Notes: generated from the sequence alone by a model not told the origin. A stretch of DNA of 64,000 bases from a bacterium (GCA_027318865.1 DAHVOJ010000003.1:10025-74024), one strand, 5' to 3'; positions 1 to 11,636 are shown, numbered from the stretch's first letter. Translations and numbers: made by a program.

Positions 1-467
1 GCTACCGGAGACAGTATTATGAGTTTTTCCCCCGCCTTATTGGAATAAACGGACTCCACCATACGGTCGATAGTTTTAGGCTCTATTTTTTTACCGCAGT
101 TATAACAGTAGGGAATCCCTATTCTGGAAAAAAGAACTCTCAGATAGTCGTATATTTCGGTAATAGTTCCTACCGTAGAGCGCGGATTTTTACTCACCGA
201 TTTTTGTTCTATCGAAATAGCCGGAGAAAGTCCTTCTACGGAATCCACGTCCGGCTTGTCCATCTGCTCCATAAACTGCCTTGCGTAAGAGGAGAGGGAT
301 TCAAGATATCTCCTCTGTCCTTCGGCAAATATGGTATCGAATGCAAGAGACGACTTTCCCGAACCGGAAAGTCCGGTAATAACGACAAGTTTATCTTTAG
401 GTATCTCGACGCTTATATTTTTTAAATTATGCTGTCTTGCCCCTTTAATAATTATTTTTCTTTCCAT
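1..467 (-). CDS. uvrA: Excinuclease ABC subunit A, N-terminal part (runs off left edge)
   Basis: Not in the ORF track. My reverse-strand translation from the ATG at 465-467 gives [65 protein letters not shown], the UvrA N-terminal Walker A region. The start overlaps the pdxA stop by 16 nt. Confidence 0.85.
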   Translation of the reverse strand, partial: MERKIIIKGARQHNLKNISVEIPKDKLVVITGLSGSGKSSLAFDTIFAEGQRRYLESLSSYARQFMEQMDKPDVDSVEGLSPAISIEQKSVSKNPRSTVGTITEIYDYLRVLFSRIGIPYCYNCGKKIEPKTIDRMVESVYSNKAGEKLIILSPV

Positions 468-1507
468 CTGTTTCTGTTCTCCGATATCCTGCGGACTAAT
501 TTTATCGATTCGAGCATGCTGCCGCAATCCGCCATATTCTTACCCGCAATATCATAAGCCGTACCGTGAACCGGAGACGTTCTGATAAATCTTAGACCTG
601 CGGTGACGTTAACTCCTTTATCGAAGTTAAGCAATTTAAAGGGTATCAATGCCTGATCGTGATACATCGCTACTATCAAATCAAAATCACTGTATTTTTT
701 TGCAAAAAAACTATCCGCCGGAAAAGGACCTTCTATATTTTCGTTATCGTTTCTAAATTCATCTATCACCGGAGTTATAACTTCTTTCTCTTCGTTTCCT
801 ATTCTTCCGTTTTCTCCCGCATGCGGATTTAAGCCAAGAACCGCTATGCGCGGATTATCTTTTCCGAAATCTATTTTTAACCATTTAAGAGAAATTTTGA
901 TTATTTTCCTTAGCAAGTCTTTCGTTATTTTAGCCGGAACATCGTAAACAGGTATATGAATAGTTGAAAGAATAGTTATGAGTTCATCCGAATAAAAAAG
1001 CATTGCAAAGTCGTCCGAACCGGCTAAATATCCGAGAAGTTCGGTATGTCCTCCGAATCTTGCGCCGCCTTTAAGCATCATATCTTTATTGATTGGAGCG
1101 GTTGCAAAACCAAGTATTTTTTCTTTTATTGAAAAATCGACTGCGGTTTTTATAAATCTTTCGACGTCTTTTGCATAAAGATGGTTAATTTCCCCGCATT
1201 TGACAGACTTATAAGACTCCGCCGCCAAATCGATTACGTTTATTTTTCCTTCTTGGTAAGCGAAATTAAGGGGTAAATCCGGTTTGATTAAATTTAAAGG
1301 AACGCCGGTCTTTGTTATATTTTGCGAGGTATATTCTATATATCCGAAAGATCCGAAAATAACGGGCTTGATATATTCATCTCTGTATATAAAATATTCC
1401 GCCGACTTTATTGCTATTTCCGGCCCTATTCCGCCGGGATCACCCATTGTAATACCTATAAAACGGCTCTCTTTGCTCAATTTTATTTTTATTTTTTTAC
1501 ACGGCAA
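452..1507 (-). CDS. pdxA: 4-hydroxythreonine-4-phosphate dehydrogenase
   Basis: 351 aa with [17 protein letters not shown] and [14 protein letters not shown] motifs typical of PdxA. Confidence 0.85.
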   Translation of the reverse strand: MPCKKIKIKLSKESRFIGITMGDPGGIGPEIAIKSAEYFIYRDEYIKPVIFGSFGYIEYTSQNITKTGVPLNLIKPDLPLNFAYQEGKINVIDLAAESYKSVKCGEINHLYAKDVERFIKTAVDFSIKEKILGFATAPINKDMMLKGGARFGGHTELLGYLAGSDDFAMLFYSDELITILSTIHIPVYDVPAKITKDLLRKIIKISLKWLKIDFGKDNPRIAVLGLNPHAGENGRIGNEEKEVITPVIDEFRNDNENIEGPFPADSFFAKKYSDFDLIVAMYHDQALIPFKLLNFDKGVNVTAGLRFIRTSPVHGTAYDIAGKNMADCGSMLESIKLVRRISENRNRWKEK

Positions 1508-2537
1508 TCAATATTTTAACGTAAGAATTTTTTCTTGCTTTTTTTAAAATCTTTTTTAAATACTTGTTCGTCCTATGTTTTTCCAAGATGGTAAAAATTT
1601 CCGGTTTTACCTGTTTAAACGTTTTAAACGACCCCGTTTTCTTTCCTGCCGATTTCAATATTGCATAGCCGAATTTAGTTTTTATTACCGGACTTATTTG
1701 TCCTACATGCAGTTTAAATGCTATATCGGAAAAATTAGGGGATAATTTATTTTTATAAACATAACCTATTCTCCCGCCGTTTTTTTCGGAAGGGTCTTCG
1801 GAATATTCTCTTGCAAGCTCTGAAAAACTTTTACTTCCGGATATAGCCTCTTCTCTTATTTTATAAATCCTTTTATATATTTCTTTTCTTAGTTTTTGGC
1901 TTGCGTTTGAAGGAACGGCTAAAAAAATAAGTTTTAAATCAACCTTAGGCTCGCCTCTGAATTCTTCGACGTTTTTTTTATAATAATCGATTAACTGACG
2001 TTTCGTTATAACCATCTTATTGCCGTAAACTTTCCTTAAGAGTTCTACCTCGGCAAAGTGATTTTTAACCTGTTTTATATATGCCTTTTTGCTTATGCCT
2101 CTTTTGGCAAGAAATTTAAAAAACTGCGTAACCGTGAAATTGTTAGCGAGAGCTACTCCTCCGATATATGCTTTTAATTGTTTCGGGGTAATGAATATTG
2201 CGGCTTTTTCTTCTTCCTGCTTTATTAAGACATTATTAATTAATACATTAAGCACTTCTTTGGTTTTAGACATCACCGCCGAATCCGATTGAGTAAAAAT
2301 ACCGCGGGACGCTTCGTTTTGCATTTGCTCGTATTCTTCGAAAGCTCCCCTGTCGAATTTTGCAAATTCATACAGGGTAATCGGTGTTTTGTTTACTACG
2401 GCAATTACCTGGTCTATTATTACGGCGTTTGCATTTTTTACGAATGTCAAAAATAAAAAGACCGCAAAAATAGTTGTGGATATAAATGCTAAAATCTTAT
2501 TTTTTTTCATTTTTTTCGTTATAAATGCGAACGCCAT
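1497..2537 (-). CDS. SurA-like periplasmic chaperone / parvulin-type peptidyl-prolyl isomerase
   Basis: N-terminal signal/anchor, SurA_N-like region, and a rotamase block (EYSEDPSEKNGGRIGYV...GQISPVIKTKFGYAILK). Confidence 0.7.
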   Translation of the reverse strand: MAFAFITKKMKKNKILAFISTTIFAVFLFLTFVKNANAVIIDQVIAVVNKTPITLYEFAKFDRGAFEEYEQMQNEASRGIFTQSDSAVMSKTKEVLNVLINNVLIKQEEEKAAIFITPKQLKAYIGGVALANNFTVTQFFKFLAKRGISKKAYIKQVKNHFAEVELLRKVYGNKMVITKRQLIDYYKKNVEEFRGEPKVDLKLIFLAVPSNASQKLRKEIYKRIYKIREEAISGSKSFSELAREYSEDPSEKNGGRIGYVYKNKLSPNFSDIAFKLHVGQISPVIKTKFGYAILKSAGKKTGSFKTFKQVKPEIFTILEKHRTNKYLKKILKKARKNSYVKILIAV

Positions 2538-2599
2538 AAAAAAATCTATGCCGTTCGCAGATTTTATGTATAAACTTTTCTAAAGCTAATTCGGTTATA

Positions 2600-3529
2600 C
2601 TATCCCTGTTTTTTTCCGTTTATCCGGGGCTTAGCCTGGTTTGAAACGCCCGGAGCCGCCGATGCCGTATGTATGACCGGTAAATTTTTATAAAAATATT
2701 TAATTTTAGCTTTTTTTCTTAAATTTCCGACAAAAGCCTTTAAAATATTAGAAGCTTCCTTTTGTTTCATCATCGTAATTATCTGGTTTTTAATAGAGGA
2801 AAAAGGCTTAGGTTTTCCCGATACAACGTTATTTAATTTAATTATATCGAAATGGCCGCCTACTTTTACTATTTTTGATATGCCGCCTACCTTTGAAATA
2901 CTGAACGCGGCATTGTTAAACGCAGGGGTCGTTTGCTGAAATTTTATCCAGCCGAGCATACCGCCGTTTTTAGCGTTAGGCGCCGTTGAATATTTTTGCG
3001 CAACCGCGGGAAACGGTTTGCCGGACGCAAGCATTTTATATGCTATCTGCGCTGTCTTTGGAGAATTTAACTGCATATAGCTTACGTTAATTTTAGAAGG
3101 CAGGTTAAAAGAAAGATAGTGTTTTTTATAATATGCTTTAGCGGAGGCGGTGGTAACCTTTACTTTATTGGCAACTTCTTTATGCAATAAAAGCTGGACC
3201 AAAAGACCTTTCTTGAAATCGGAAATCTGCGTTTTATAGGATTTTGATCTGTTTACTCCTTCTTTTATAGCCTCGTTTACTAAAATCTGCCTATCGACAA
3301 GACTTTTAAGGAGTCTTTTTTCGCCCGCCGGCGTTTCTAAATAAGACCTGAGTTCCGGCGGAAATTTCGACATTTCCTGTTTAAATTTAGCAGCCGTAAT
3401 GGGCTTACCGTTTACTTCGGCTATAACCTTGGATGATACGGCTTGTTTTTTTGCGCATCCGTAAAGACCCATAGATAAAACAATCGAAAATATAGCGATT
3501 AATAAAATAGAACCTTTAAGTTTTTTCAT
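2600..3529 (-). CDS. Parvulin-type PPIase lipoprotein (PrsA/PpiC-like)
   Basis: Lipobox-like LYGCAK after a signal peptide. Rotamase block YSTAPNAKNGGMLGWI...GGISKIVKVGGHFDIIKL. Confidence 0.65.
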   Translation of the reverse strand: MKKLKGSILLIAIFSIVLSMGLYGCAKKQAVSSKVIAEVNGKPITAAKFKQEMSKFPPELRSYLETPAGEKRLLKSLVDRQILVNEAIKEGVNRSKSYKTQISDFKKGLLVQLLLHKEVANKVKVTTASAKAYYKKHYLSFNLPSKINVSYMQLNSPKTAQIAYKMLASGKPFPAVAQKYSTAPNAKNGGMLGWIKFQQTTPAFNNAAFSISKVGGISKIVKVGGHFDIIKLNNVVSGKPKPFSSIKNQIITMMKQKEASNILKAFVGNLRKKAKIKYFYKNLPVIHTASAAPGVSNQAKPRINGKKQG

Positions 3530-3595
3530 TTTCCCCTCTTAAACAAATAAAAGTTAAAATTAAATATATTAGATTTAGATTTAAATTATATATAT

Positions 3596-6500
3596 TTAAA
3601 TATTAACATAGCCGTATAATCGTTGCAAGACAATTTTAATTCCTTCCGTTTTATCCCGCATAGAATCATAATGTTTATGCCTGAACCTTATTTTAAATTC
3701 ATCTATAAAGTTAATTATATATTCCGACGAACATTCCTTATCGTTTACGAACTTAATCAGCGCCTCGAAAATAGAAGCTGCAGATTCGTGAAATTCCAGT
3801 ATAAACTCGGTCTCTTTTATTTCCATAAGACGAACTTTCGAGTTTTTCATATAAATTTTAAGTTCGGTAATTTTCAAAAGGTTTTCTACTGGTTCTTCGG
3901 TCCTGCCGAACCTGTCTTTCAGTTCGTTTTTTATATTTTCTACATCGTATATCGTAACGCAATTCATAAGTTTTCTATAAAAAGACATTTTGGTTTTTTC
4001 GTCGTTTATATATGAATCCGGGATATAAGCGGATATGGCGGTTTTAACCTCCGGGTTTATTTGTACCGGCAAGGTAATTCCGCGCATTTTTTCTATCTCT
4101 TCCCTAAGCATCTGCATACACATTTCAAGACCTACGGAGTTTATATGCCCTGATTGAGCGCCGCCGAGAATATTTCCGGCGCCCCTTATTTCCAAATCAG
4201 CCATAGCAAGTTTAAAACCGGAGCTTAATTCGCTGTAATCTTTTATCGCGTTCAGCCTTTTTATCCGCTCCTGACTTAAATCATCGAAAGCCGTCCCTAT
4301 GACCAGCAGACAGTATGCCTGTATATGAGATCTCCCGACTCTCCCTCTAAGCTGATACAGCTGGCTCAGACCGAACCGCTCGGCATTATTTATAACAATC
4401 GTATTTACGTTGGGATTATCTAGACCGGATTCTATTATAGCGGTAGAGAGGAGAATATCGTATCCTTTGTCGTAAAAAATATGCATAATATCCATAATTT
4501 CTTCGGAATCAAGCCGACCGTGAACAACCCCTATCCGCATATCAGGCATTATTTTTTTAAGCCTGCCGTAAATATAATCTAAATGGGATATTCTGTTGTC
4601 GATAAAATAAACCTGTCCGCCCCTGCTTATTTCTTTAAATATTGATTTTTTTATTATTTCTTCGTCGTAACCGGTGATTTCGGTAATAACGTTTTTTCTT
4701 CCGGAAGGCGGAGTACTTATAATGCTTAAGTCCCTTATCCCGGACATCGACATATACAGCGTCCTTGGAATAGGCGTAGCGCTCATGGCAAGAACGTCTA
4801 TGGAATATCTTATTTTTTTAATTTTTTCTTTCTGAAGCGCTCCAAACTTCTGTTCTTCGTCAATAATTAAAAGACCCAAGTCTTTATATTCTATTTTTTC
4901 CGATAATAATTTATGCGTACCTATAATTATATCTATTTCACCGGTTTTAATCCTTTTAATTATTTCTTTTTCTTCGTCTTTCTTAGCAAATCTCGAGATT
5001 CTGGCTATCTTTACCGGATATTTATCGAATCTTTTCTTAAAATTATTGTAGTGTTGATCTACCAAGATAGTCGTGGGAGCAATCAGCGCAACCTGTTTGC
5101 CGTCCATCGCCGCCTTAAAAGCCGCTCTTATGGCAACTTCCGTTTTCCCGAACCCGACGTCTCCGCATATTAACCTGTCCATCGGTTTATTGCTCTGCAT
5201 ATCCCGCAGGACCTCTTTTATTGCCTTTGCCTGATCTTCGGTTTCTTCAAACTCGAAATTTTCTTCGAATTCAAGGTAATCTTCGTCTTCGGCAGAGAAT
5301 GCAAAACCCCTGTCCGTCATTCTTTTTGCATAAAGAATTTTTAAATCTTCCGCTATCTCCTCGATTTTCTTTTTTGCTTTTATTTTTGCTTTTTCCCACG
5401 ATTTATTTCCAAGCCTGCTTAATGCAGGCGAATTATCTTCCGAAGCCGCTATATATTTATGTATAAGATATATTTTATCCGCCGGAACGAAAAGTTTGTC
5501 TCCTCCTTCGAAAATAAGCGTAAAATAGTCCGATGAAATTCCGCTAAGCGTTATATTTTTAATTTCGGTAAATTTGGCTATTCCAAACTCGTCATGAACT
5601 ACAAAATCTCCGGGATTAAGCTCTTCTATGCTTTTAAAATAATCGAATCCGGAAGTCCTTCGAGGAGTTATATTTTCGTCGATTACATCTAAATGTTCTC
5701 TAAAAAGCTCCTCCCCTTTAATAATTAAAAGTTTATTTTTTTTAGATATAAAACCGGACGAAACATTTCCGTTTTCAACCCTAAATAATCCGTCTTTTAC
5801 TTCTTCTTCTACTAAACCGATAGAATCAAAAATATTTTTAAGTCTTTCTTTATGAATTTCACTCTTTGAAACTATAATTATTTTATATTCTTTTTTTATA
5901 AGATTAAGAAATATTTTTTTTATTAAGGTTAAATTTAATTTGCCGCTCCCGTATTTCAATTTTTCGATAAAATCCATATTGCCTGATTTTATCGATGCCG
6001 ACAGCTCTCCTATACGATTGTTGTAATTCTCAACGCCGTAATATACTGCGGATTTTTTAAAATTAAAATAATAAAATTTATCTAAATTATTTAAAGCAAG
6101 GTTAAAGATGTTTTTGTTTTCGTTATCGCGGTTTAAAAATTCAAGAAGCTCGGTTTCAGGTTCTTCTATATATAAAATAGGGTTTTTAAGAGCTTCTAAG
6201 ATATTTAATTTTTTAGGATAATAATCGGAATTTATCGGAAATACGGTGAAACCGTCGATACTTTTAAAACTTATCTGCGTATTCAGGTCAAAATATCTTA
6301 AATCTTCCACAGTTTCGTCAAAAAAATCTATTCTTGCAGGATAAGAACCGTCTGCGTTAAATATGTCTATTATTTCGCCTCTGACCGCAAATTCGTTTTC
6401 GTTTTCTATCCGGTTCGTTCTTTCATAGCCGTAAGACGACAGGGTTTCTATAAGTTTGTCCCGTGAAAAATTAAAACCTTTCCTGATATGTATGAATGAA

Positions 6501-6781
6501 TTAAGAAGGCTGTCCGGTTCCGGAACCTTTGAAAAAAAAGAAACCGGCGTCATGATTATCGCGGCGGAGTCGAATTGCTTTAAATCATATAAAAGACTTA
6601 CCGGAATTATTTCTTCGCAGAAAAATATTTTTTTTGAAGAAAAAAATGAAAGGTTTCCGTATAAACCTTTAGCCGAGGCATAGCTGTCGCATAAAAAAAT
6701 ATATATTCCTTTTTCGTTTTTTATAGATAATGAAATATCTAAAGAAAAAACGGCCGGTATTTTTGATTTTATAGAATCCAA
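3596..6781 (-). CDS. mfd: Transcription-repair coupling factor
   Basis: 1061 aa. CarD/RNAP-interacting-like segment (GDFVVHDEFGIAKF), SF2 helicase motifs LICGDVGFGKTEVA and IIDEEQKFG, and a TRCF C-terminal domain. Confidence 0.9.
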   Translation of the reverse strand: MDSIKSKIPAVFSLDISLSIKNEKGIYIFLCDSYASAKGLYGNLSFFSSKKIFFCEEIIPVSLLYDLKQFDSAAIIMTPVSFFSKVPEPDSLLNSFIHIRKGFNFSRDKLIETLSSYGYERTNRIENENEFAVRGEIIDIFNADGSYPARIDFFDETVEDLRYFDLNTQISFKSIDGFTVFPINSDYYPKKLNILEALKNPILYIEEPETELLEFLNRDNENKNIFNLALNNLDKFYYFNFKKSAVYYGVENYNNRIGELSASIKSGNMDFIEKLKYGSGKLNLTLIKKIFLNLIKKEYKIIIVSKSEIHKERLKNIFDSIGLVEEEVKDGLFRVENGNVSSGFISKKNKLLIIKGEELFREHLDVIDENITPRRTSGFDYFKSIEELNPGDFVVHDEFGIAKFTEIKNITLSGISSDYFTLIFEGGDKLFVPADKIYLIHKYIAASEDNSPALSRLGNKSWEKAKIKAKKKIEEIAEDLKILYAKRMTDRGFAFSAEDEDYLEFEENFEFEETEDQAKAIKEVLRDMQSNKPMDRLICGDVGFGKTEVAIRAAFKAAMDGKQVALIAPTTILVDQHYNNFKKRFDKYPVKIARISRFAKKDEEKEIIKRIKTGEIDIIIGTHKLLSEKIEYKDLGLLIIDEEQKFGALQKEKIKKIRYSIDVLAMSATPIPRTLYMSMSGIRDLSIISTPPSGRKNVITEITGYDEEIIKKSIFKEISRGGQVYFIDNRISHLDYIYGRLKKIMPDMRIGVVHGRLDSEEIMDIMHIFYDKGYDILLSTAIIESGLDNPNVNTIVINNAERFGLSQLYQLRGRVGRSHIQAYCLLVIGTAFDDLSQERIKRLNAIKDYSELSSGFKLAMADLEIRGAGNILGGAQSGHINSVGLEMCMQMLREEIEKMRGITLPVQINPEVKTAISAYIPDSYINDEKTKMSFYRKLMNCVTIYDVENIKNELKDRFGRTEEPVENLLKITELKIYMKNSKVRLMEIKETEFILEFHESAASIFEALIKFVNDKECSSEYIINFIDEFKIRFRHKHYDSMRDKTEGIKIVLQRLYGYVNI

Positions 6782-6790
6782 ATCGATGCT

Positions 6791-9451
6791 CTAAGATTTT
6801 ACCTCTCTAATTGAAGCCTGAGCCGCAGAAATAACAGCGACCGGAACCCTGTAAGGAGAACAGCTGACGTAATTGAGATTAAGATTATGGCAGAATTCAA
6901 TAGAACTGGGGTCGCCGCCGTGCTCTCCGCATATTCCCAGTTTAATATCCTTTCTGGCGGTCTTACCTTTATGCGCGGCAATCTTCATAAGCTCGCCGAC
7001 GCCGTTTCTGTCAAGTTCCATGAACGGATCCGTCTTTAGAATATTTTTATTAAGATAATCCGGCAAAAAAGAACCTATGTCGTCTCTGGAAAAACCAAAA
7101 GTCGTCTGGGTAAGGTCGTTTGTACCGAATGAAAAAAACTCCGCCTCTCCGGCTATTTCGTCGGCTATCATGCAGGCTCTCGGAAGTTCGATCATGGTTC
7201 CGACTAAATATTTAAGCTTTATGCCGTATTGATTCATGACTTCCGCAGCTTTTTTATCGACTAATTCCTTTAATAATCTTATCTCCTCAAAAATTCCGAC
7301 TACGGGAATCATGATTTCTGGAATAATTTTATTGCCGCTTCTATGAAATTCGCATGCCGCTTCTATAATAGCCTGAACCTGCATCTCGTATATTTCCGGA
7401 TAACTGACCCCGAGCCTGCAGCCTCTATGACCGAGCATGGGGTTGACTTCGTGCAGAGAAGCAGTTTTGGCTTTTAGCTTCTCATAGGAAATACCCATAA
7501 TCTCCGATAATTCTTTTATATCTTTTTCTGTTTTCGGAAGAAATTCATGCAGAGGAGGGTCAAGCAACCTTATATTTACCGAATATCCTTTCATTTCTTC
7601 GTATAATTCAATAAAATCCGACTTCTGCATCGGAAGAAGTTTTGCAAGAGCTTTCTGTCTTTCGGCGACGGTTTCGGAAAGTATCATCTCCCTGACCGCT
7701 TTTATTCTGTCTCCTTTAAAAAACATGTGCTCGGTCCTGCAAAGTCCAATGCCTTCCGCCCCATAACTGCGCGCAACTTTAGCATCCTCCGGAGTATCCG
7801 CATTTGCCCTGACGCTAAGTTTTCTGAATCCGTCGGCAAATTTCATTATAGTCCTGAAATCTTCGTTAATTTCGGGGGTTATCATTTTTACGTAACCGGA
7901 ATAAACCTCGCCGTTTGATCCGTTTAAAGTAATAATATCGCCTCTTTTTATATTCCTGTTTCCTACCGCTATCTCGCCCTTTTTTTCGTTAATTTCCAGA
8001 ACCGAACAGCCGGTAATGGCACATTTCCCCATACCTCTCGCTACGACGGCGGCATGGGAAGTCATTCCGCCCCTTTCCGTAAGAATTCCTTCTGCTACGC
8101 TCATTCCGTGAATATCTTCGGGAGAAGTCTCCATCCTTACTAAGATTACTTTCTTGCCTTTTTTTACTTCTTCTTCGGCTTCTTCCGCGGAAAAAACTAC
8201 CTCGCCGCTTGCCGCGCCGGGTGAAGCCGGAAGTCCTTTCGCTATAACGTCTTTTTTCGCGTTGAGGTCAACCGCGGGATACATAAGCTGGGCAATGGAA
8301 TATGGGTCTATTCTTAAAACGGCGGTTTTTTTATCTATCATGCCTTCTTTTTCCATATCGACCGCAATCTTGACAGCCGCTTTAGCGGTCCTTTTTCCGG
8401 TTCTAACCTGAAGCATATAAAGCACGCCTTCCTGTATCGTAAACTCTAGATCTAGCATGTCTTTATAATGTTTTTCAAGTAGTCCGGCATATTCTATCAA
8501 GTCTTTATATACTACCGGCATAGCTTTTTCAAGCGAAAGATCCGAGGGATTTTTCTTCGAAAATTCGTTCACCGGTTGAGGCGTCCTTATTCCTGCAACG
8601 ACGTCTTCCCCCTGCGCATTAATAAGATATTCGCCGTAAAAACCGTTTTCTCCCGTAGAGGGATTTCTGGTAAAGGCGACGCCGGTAGCCGACGTTTCCC
8701 CCATATTGCCGTAAACCATGGACACCACGTTTACCGCCGTTCCCCAGTTTTCAGGAATTTTATTAAGTTTTCTGTATGTTATGGCTCTCGGTACGTTCCA
8801 AGACTCGAAGACGGCTGAAATGCCCATCCATAACTGTTCTTCCGGATCGTCCGGAAATTTAATGCCTTTTTCTTTTTCCACGACTTTTTTAAATTCGGCT
8901 ACAAGATAGCGAAGATCCGCTTCATTTAACTCATTGTCGTTTTTTACCGATTTTTCTTTCTTTTTATTTTCTAAAATAGATTCCATAATTGCAGAGTCTA
9001 TTCCAAGAACTACGTTTGAAAACATCTGAATAAATCTTCTGTATGTATCGTAAGCAAACCTTCCGTTGCCCGATTTTTCGATAAGGCCTTTAATGGTATT
9101 ATCGTTTAATCCAAGATTCAAAACGGTATCCATCATTCCGGGCATAGACACCCTTGCTCCGCTTCTGACGGAAACCAAAAGGGGGTTTTTAACATCGCCG
9201 AATTTAGACCCCATTGCATTTTCCATCTTTTTTATGTTTTCTTTTACTTCACTCTTTAATTCCTCCGGATATTTTTTATTATGTTCGTAATAGTATGTGC
9301 AAACTTCGGTAGTAATGGTAAAACCGGCAGGCACCCTTATGCCGAGATTGGTCATTTCGGCTAGACCCGCTCCTTTCCCACCAAGTAAATTTTTCATAGA
9401 ACCGCCGCCGTCCGCATGCTTGTTACCGAAAAAATAAACATACCTGCCCAT
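6791..9451 (-). CDS. ppdK: Pyruvate, phosphate dikinase
   Basis: 886 aa. ATP-grasp N-terminus, phosphohistidine motif GGMTSHAAVVARGMGK, PEP-utilising C-terminal domain (GICGEHGGDP). Confidence 0.92.
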   Translation of the reverse strand: MGRYVYFFGNKHADGGGSMKNLLGGKGAGLAEMTNLGIRVPAGFTITTEVCTYYYEHNKKYPEELKSEVKENIKKMENAMGSKFGDVKNPLLVSVRSGARVSMPGMMDTVLNLGLNDNTIKGLIEKSGNGRFAYDTYRRFIQMFSNVVLGIDSAIMESILENKKKEKSVKNDNELNEADLRYLVAEFKKVVEKEKGIKFPDDPEEQLWMGISAVFESWNVPRAITYRKLNKIPENWGTAVNVVSMVYGNMGETSATGVAFTRNPSTGENGFYGEYLINAQGEDVVAGIRTPQPVNEFSKKNPSDLSLEKAMPVVYKDLIEYAGLLEKHYKDMLDLEFTIQEGVLYMLQVRTGKRTAKAAVKIAVDMEKEGMIDKKTAVLRIDPYSIAQLMYPAVDLNAKKDVIAKGLPASPGAASGEVVFSAEEAEEEVKKGKKVILVRMETSPEDIHGMSVAEGILTERGGMTSHAAVVARGMGKCAITGCSVLEINEKKGEIAVGNRNIKRGDIITLNGSNGEVYSGYVKMITPEINEDFRTIMKFADGFRKLSVRANADTPEDAKVARSYGAEGIGLCRTEHMFFKGDRIKAVREMILSETVAERQKALAKLLPMQKSDFIELYEEMKGYSVNIRLLDPPLHEFLPKTEKDIKELSEIMGISYEKLKAKTASLHEVNPMLGHRGCRLGVSYPEIYEMQVQAIIEAACEFHRSGNKIIPEIMIPVVGIFEEIRLLKELVDKKAAEVMNQYGIKLKYLVGTMIELPRACMIADEIAGEAEFFSFGTNDLTQTTFGFSRDDIGSFLPDYLNKNILKTDPFMELDRNGVGELMKIAAHKGKTARKDIKLGICGEHGGDPSSIEFCHNLNLNYVSCSPYRVPVAVISAAQASIREVKS

Positions 9452-9498
9452 AACGCCACCCTCCGGATAAATAAAACGATATTATTTAAAAAATATAA

Positions 9499-11610
9499 TT
9501 ATAAATCTAAATTAGAAAAATCGCAAAAATTTTTGAGAAAATTCAAAACATTATTCAATAATCCGAGCCTTGAACTTCTAATATCTTCCTGTTCTGCTAA
9601 AACCGTAACGCCGTCGAAAAAATCGTTTACAGGTCGGACTAATTTATGCATTTCGCCAAATGCGGCTTTAAAATCGTCCTTTTCAAGCGAAAAAGGAGCG
9701 TTTTTACTCACGGATTTAAACATGGAAATAAGCCGTTTTTCTTCCGGTAAAGTTAATTTTTCTTCGTTAAAATAGATTAAGCCCGAAAATTTATTTGTAA
9801 TATTGTTAATTCTTTTATATACCTGCGACAATTCAAAAACTGCCTCGTTTTCCTTAAATTTTGAAAGAAAATCTATTTTAAGAAACTCCGTATAGAAATT
9901 TTCGTAGGTTCCCGAATTTACGACCGCCGTTATTTCATCGGATTTATAACCCGCAGAAAGCATAAAGTTTTTAAATCTCGTATCCGAAAAACTCATAAAA
10001 ACGGTTTTTAATTCCTCTATATTTAATTTTCGCTCCCTGAAAAATTCGTTAAAATAAAAATTGAATACGTTTAATAGATTAATTTTATATTTTTTATTTA
10101 AAATAATTTCTATTATGCCTATCATTGCTCTACGCAGATAAAAAGGGTCCGATTCTCCGGTAGGAAGTTTTTTCAGCATTACAAAAGACAAAACCGTATC
10201 TAATTTGTCGGACAAGGCGCATAGGGCGGATAAATCGTTTGAAGGGAGTATTTTCTTTTTGGCTTTAGATACCGGATAATAATGTTCTTCGATAGCCAGA
10301 GATACCAAGTGGCTTTCTTTAGCCGCTTTTGCATATATTCTTCCCATTATTCCCTGCATCTCCGGAAATTCGTAAACCGCGTGGGTTGCAAGATCGAATT
10401 TCAATAATCCTGATGCAGTTTTAAAATCCGATAAAACGCCGGGAGCAATGTTCAACTCTCCACCGATAAATAATCCTAAACTTTTGATACGTTCGGTTTT
10501 CTCGAAATATGAGCCTAATCCGTGATAAAATATAATATTCTTAGTTTCTTCGACAAATTCGGCAGGTTTTTTCTTTACGTCTTCTTTGAAAAAAAATTCG
10601 GCATCGGCAAGCCTTGCGCTCAAAACCCTTGAATAGCCCGACTTAATATTTTTCTCTAAGGATTCTTTAAGCGGGCCGGGGGGATTAACGTCCGCCAGCG
10701 CTATGAAATAAGGCATTAATTCGCCGTTTTTCGCAAGGGGAAAAAACCTCTGATGTTTGCGCATAACCACTGAAAGCAGCTCGGGCGGAATAGACAGAAA
10801 TTTTTTGTCGAATCCGCACAGTAAAGCATAAGGGCTTTCGGTTAAACCTGCGATTTCATCTATAAAATCGTCGTCGTATTCGGGAATATCGGCATTAATC
10901 GTTTTTGACGCATATTTTAAAGCGGCTTCTATGCTTTCTTTTCTTTCGGCGTTTTTTAGTATTATTCCGTTCGAAGATATAATATTAAAATAGTTTTCGG
11001 CGCCATAAACTTTTACCGGTCTCATTTTATACGAAAAAGACGGTTTTATATAGGTGCGGTTAGACGCTTTAATATCGCCGAAACCTACCGCCGCCGTTTT
11101 TCCGTCGAATATGGACAATATCCACAAAACTGGTCTTGGATAACGTATTTCTTTGTCGAGCCAGAACATAGTTTTCTTAAACGGAATTTTTTTTATCAGC
11201 AAAGGTATGTTTTCGGCAAGCAAATCTTTTAAAAGCGCACCCTTTATTTTCTTTTTGCAAGCCGTATAAACCCCTTTTTTTTGATTAACCGTATAAATTT
11301 TCTTATGGTCGGAAATTCCGGTTTTTTTCATAAACTGCAAAAGCGGCTCGGCAGGAACGCCCCCGTGATAAGAAATATTAACCGGAGGTCCTACTATTTC
11401 TATTTCTCTGTCCGGCGTTTTGAGCGGCAGTTTTTCAATAAATAAGACTGTCCGTCCCGGAGTAGTATAAGTTTCTATATGAGGTTTTTCTACAAGGAAA
11501 AGCTCATCGACCAGAAAATTTTCTACAATATTTTTTAAAGCCGGCGGTATCTTCCTTACCTCTTCGTAAGGAAGCTCGCCTGAACCTATTTCAAGTAGAT
11601 ATTCGCTCAC
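9499..11610 (-). CDS. glyS: Glycine--tRNA ligase beta subunit
   Basis: 703 aa, N-terminus MSEYLLEIGSGELPY, sits directly downstream of glyQ as in glyQS operons. Confidence 0.85.
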   Translation of the reverse strand: MSEYLLEIGSGELPYEEVRKIPPALKNIVENFLVDELFLVEKPHIETYTTPGRTVLFIEKLPLKTPDREIEIVGPPVNISYHGGVPAEPLLQFMKKTGISDHKKIYTVNQKKGVYTACKKKIKGALLKDLLAENIPLLIKKIPFKKTMFWLDKEIRYPRPVLWILSIFDGKTAAVGFGDIKASNRTYIKPSFSYKMRPVKVYGAENYFNIISSNGIILKNAERKESIEAALKYASKTINADIPEYDDDFIDEIAGLTESPYALLCGFDKKFLSIPPELLSVVMRKHQRFFPLAKNGELMPYFIALADVNPPGPLKESLEKNIKSGYSRVLSARLADAEFFFKEDVKKKPAEFVEETKNIIFYHGLGSYFEKTERIKSLGLFIGGELNIAPGVLSDFKTASGLLKFDLATHAVYEFPEMQGIMGRIYAKAAKESHLVSLAIEEHYYPVSKAKKKILPSNDLSALCALSDKLDTVLSFVMLKKLPTGESDPFYLRRAMIGIIEIILNKKYKINLLNVFNFYFNEFFRERKLNIEELKTVFMSFSDTRFKNFMLSAGYKSDEITAVVNSGTYENFYTEFLKIDFLSKFKENEAVFELSQVYKRINNITNKFSGLIYFNEEKLTLPEEKRLISMFKSVSKNAPFSLEKDDFKAAFGEMHKLVRPVNDFFDGVTVLAEQEDIRSSRLGLLNNVLNFLKNFCDFSNLDL

Positions 11611-11636
11611 TTTGTAATAGCCCGAATTATTATAAA

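Noticed and set aside
333-342. Possible self-target of spacer 4 (shared GGTATCGAAT) inside uvrA
   Set aside because: Only a 10-nt match, with divergence on both sides. I could not systematically search the window for the other spacers, so self-targeting remains untested rather than excluded.
204-585. Two plus-strand ORFs (73 and 84 aa) at the left edge
   Set aside because: They are antisense to the clearly recognisable uvrA N-terminus and pdxA C-terminus.
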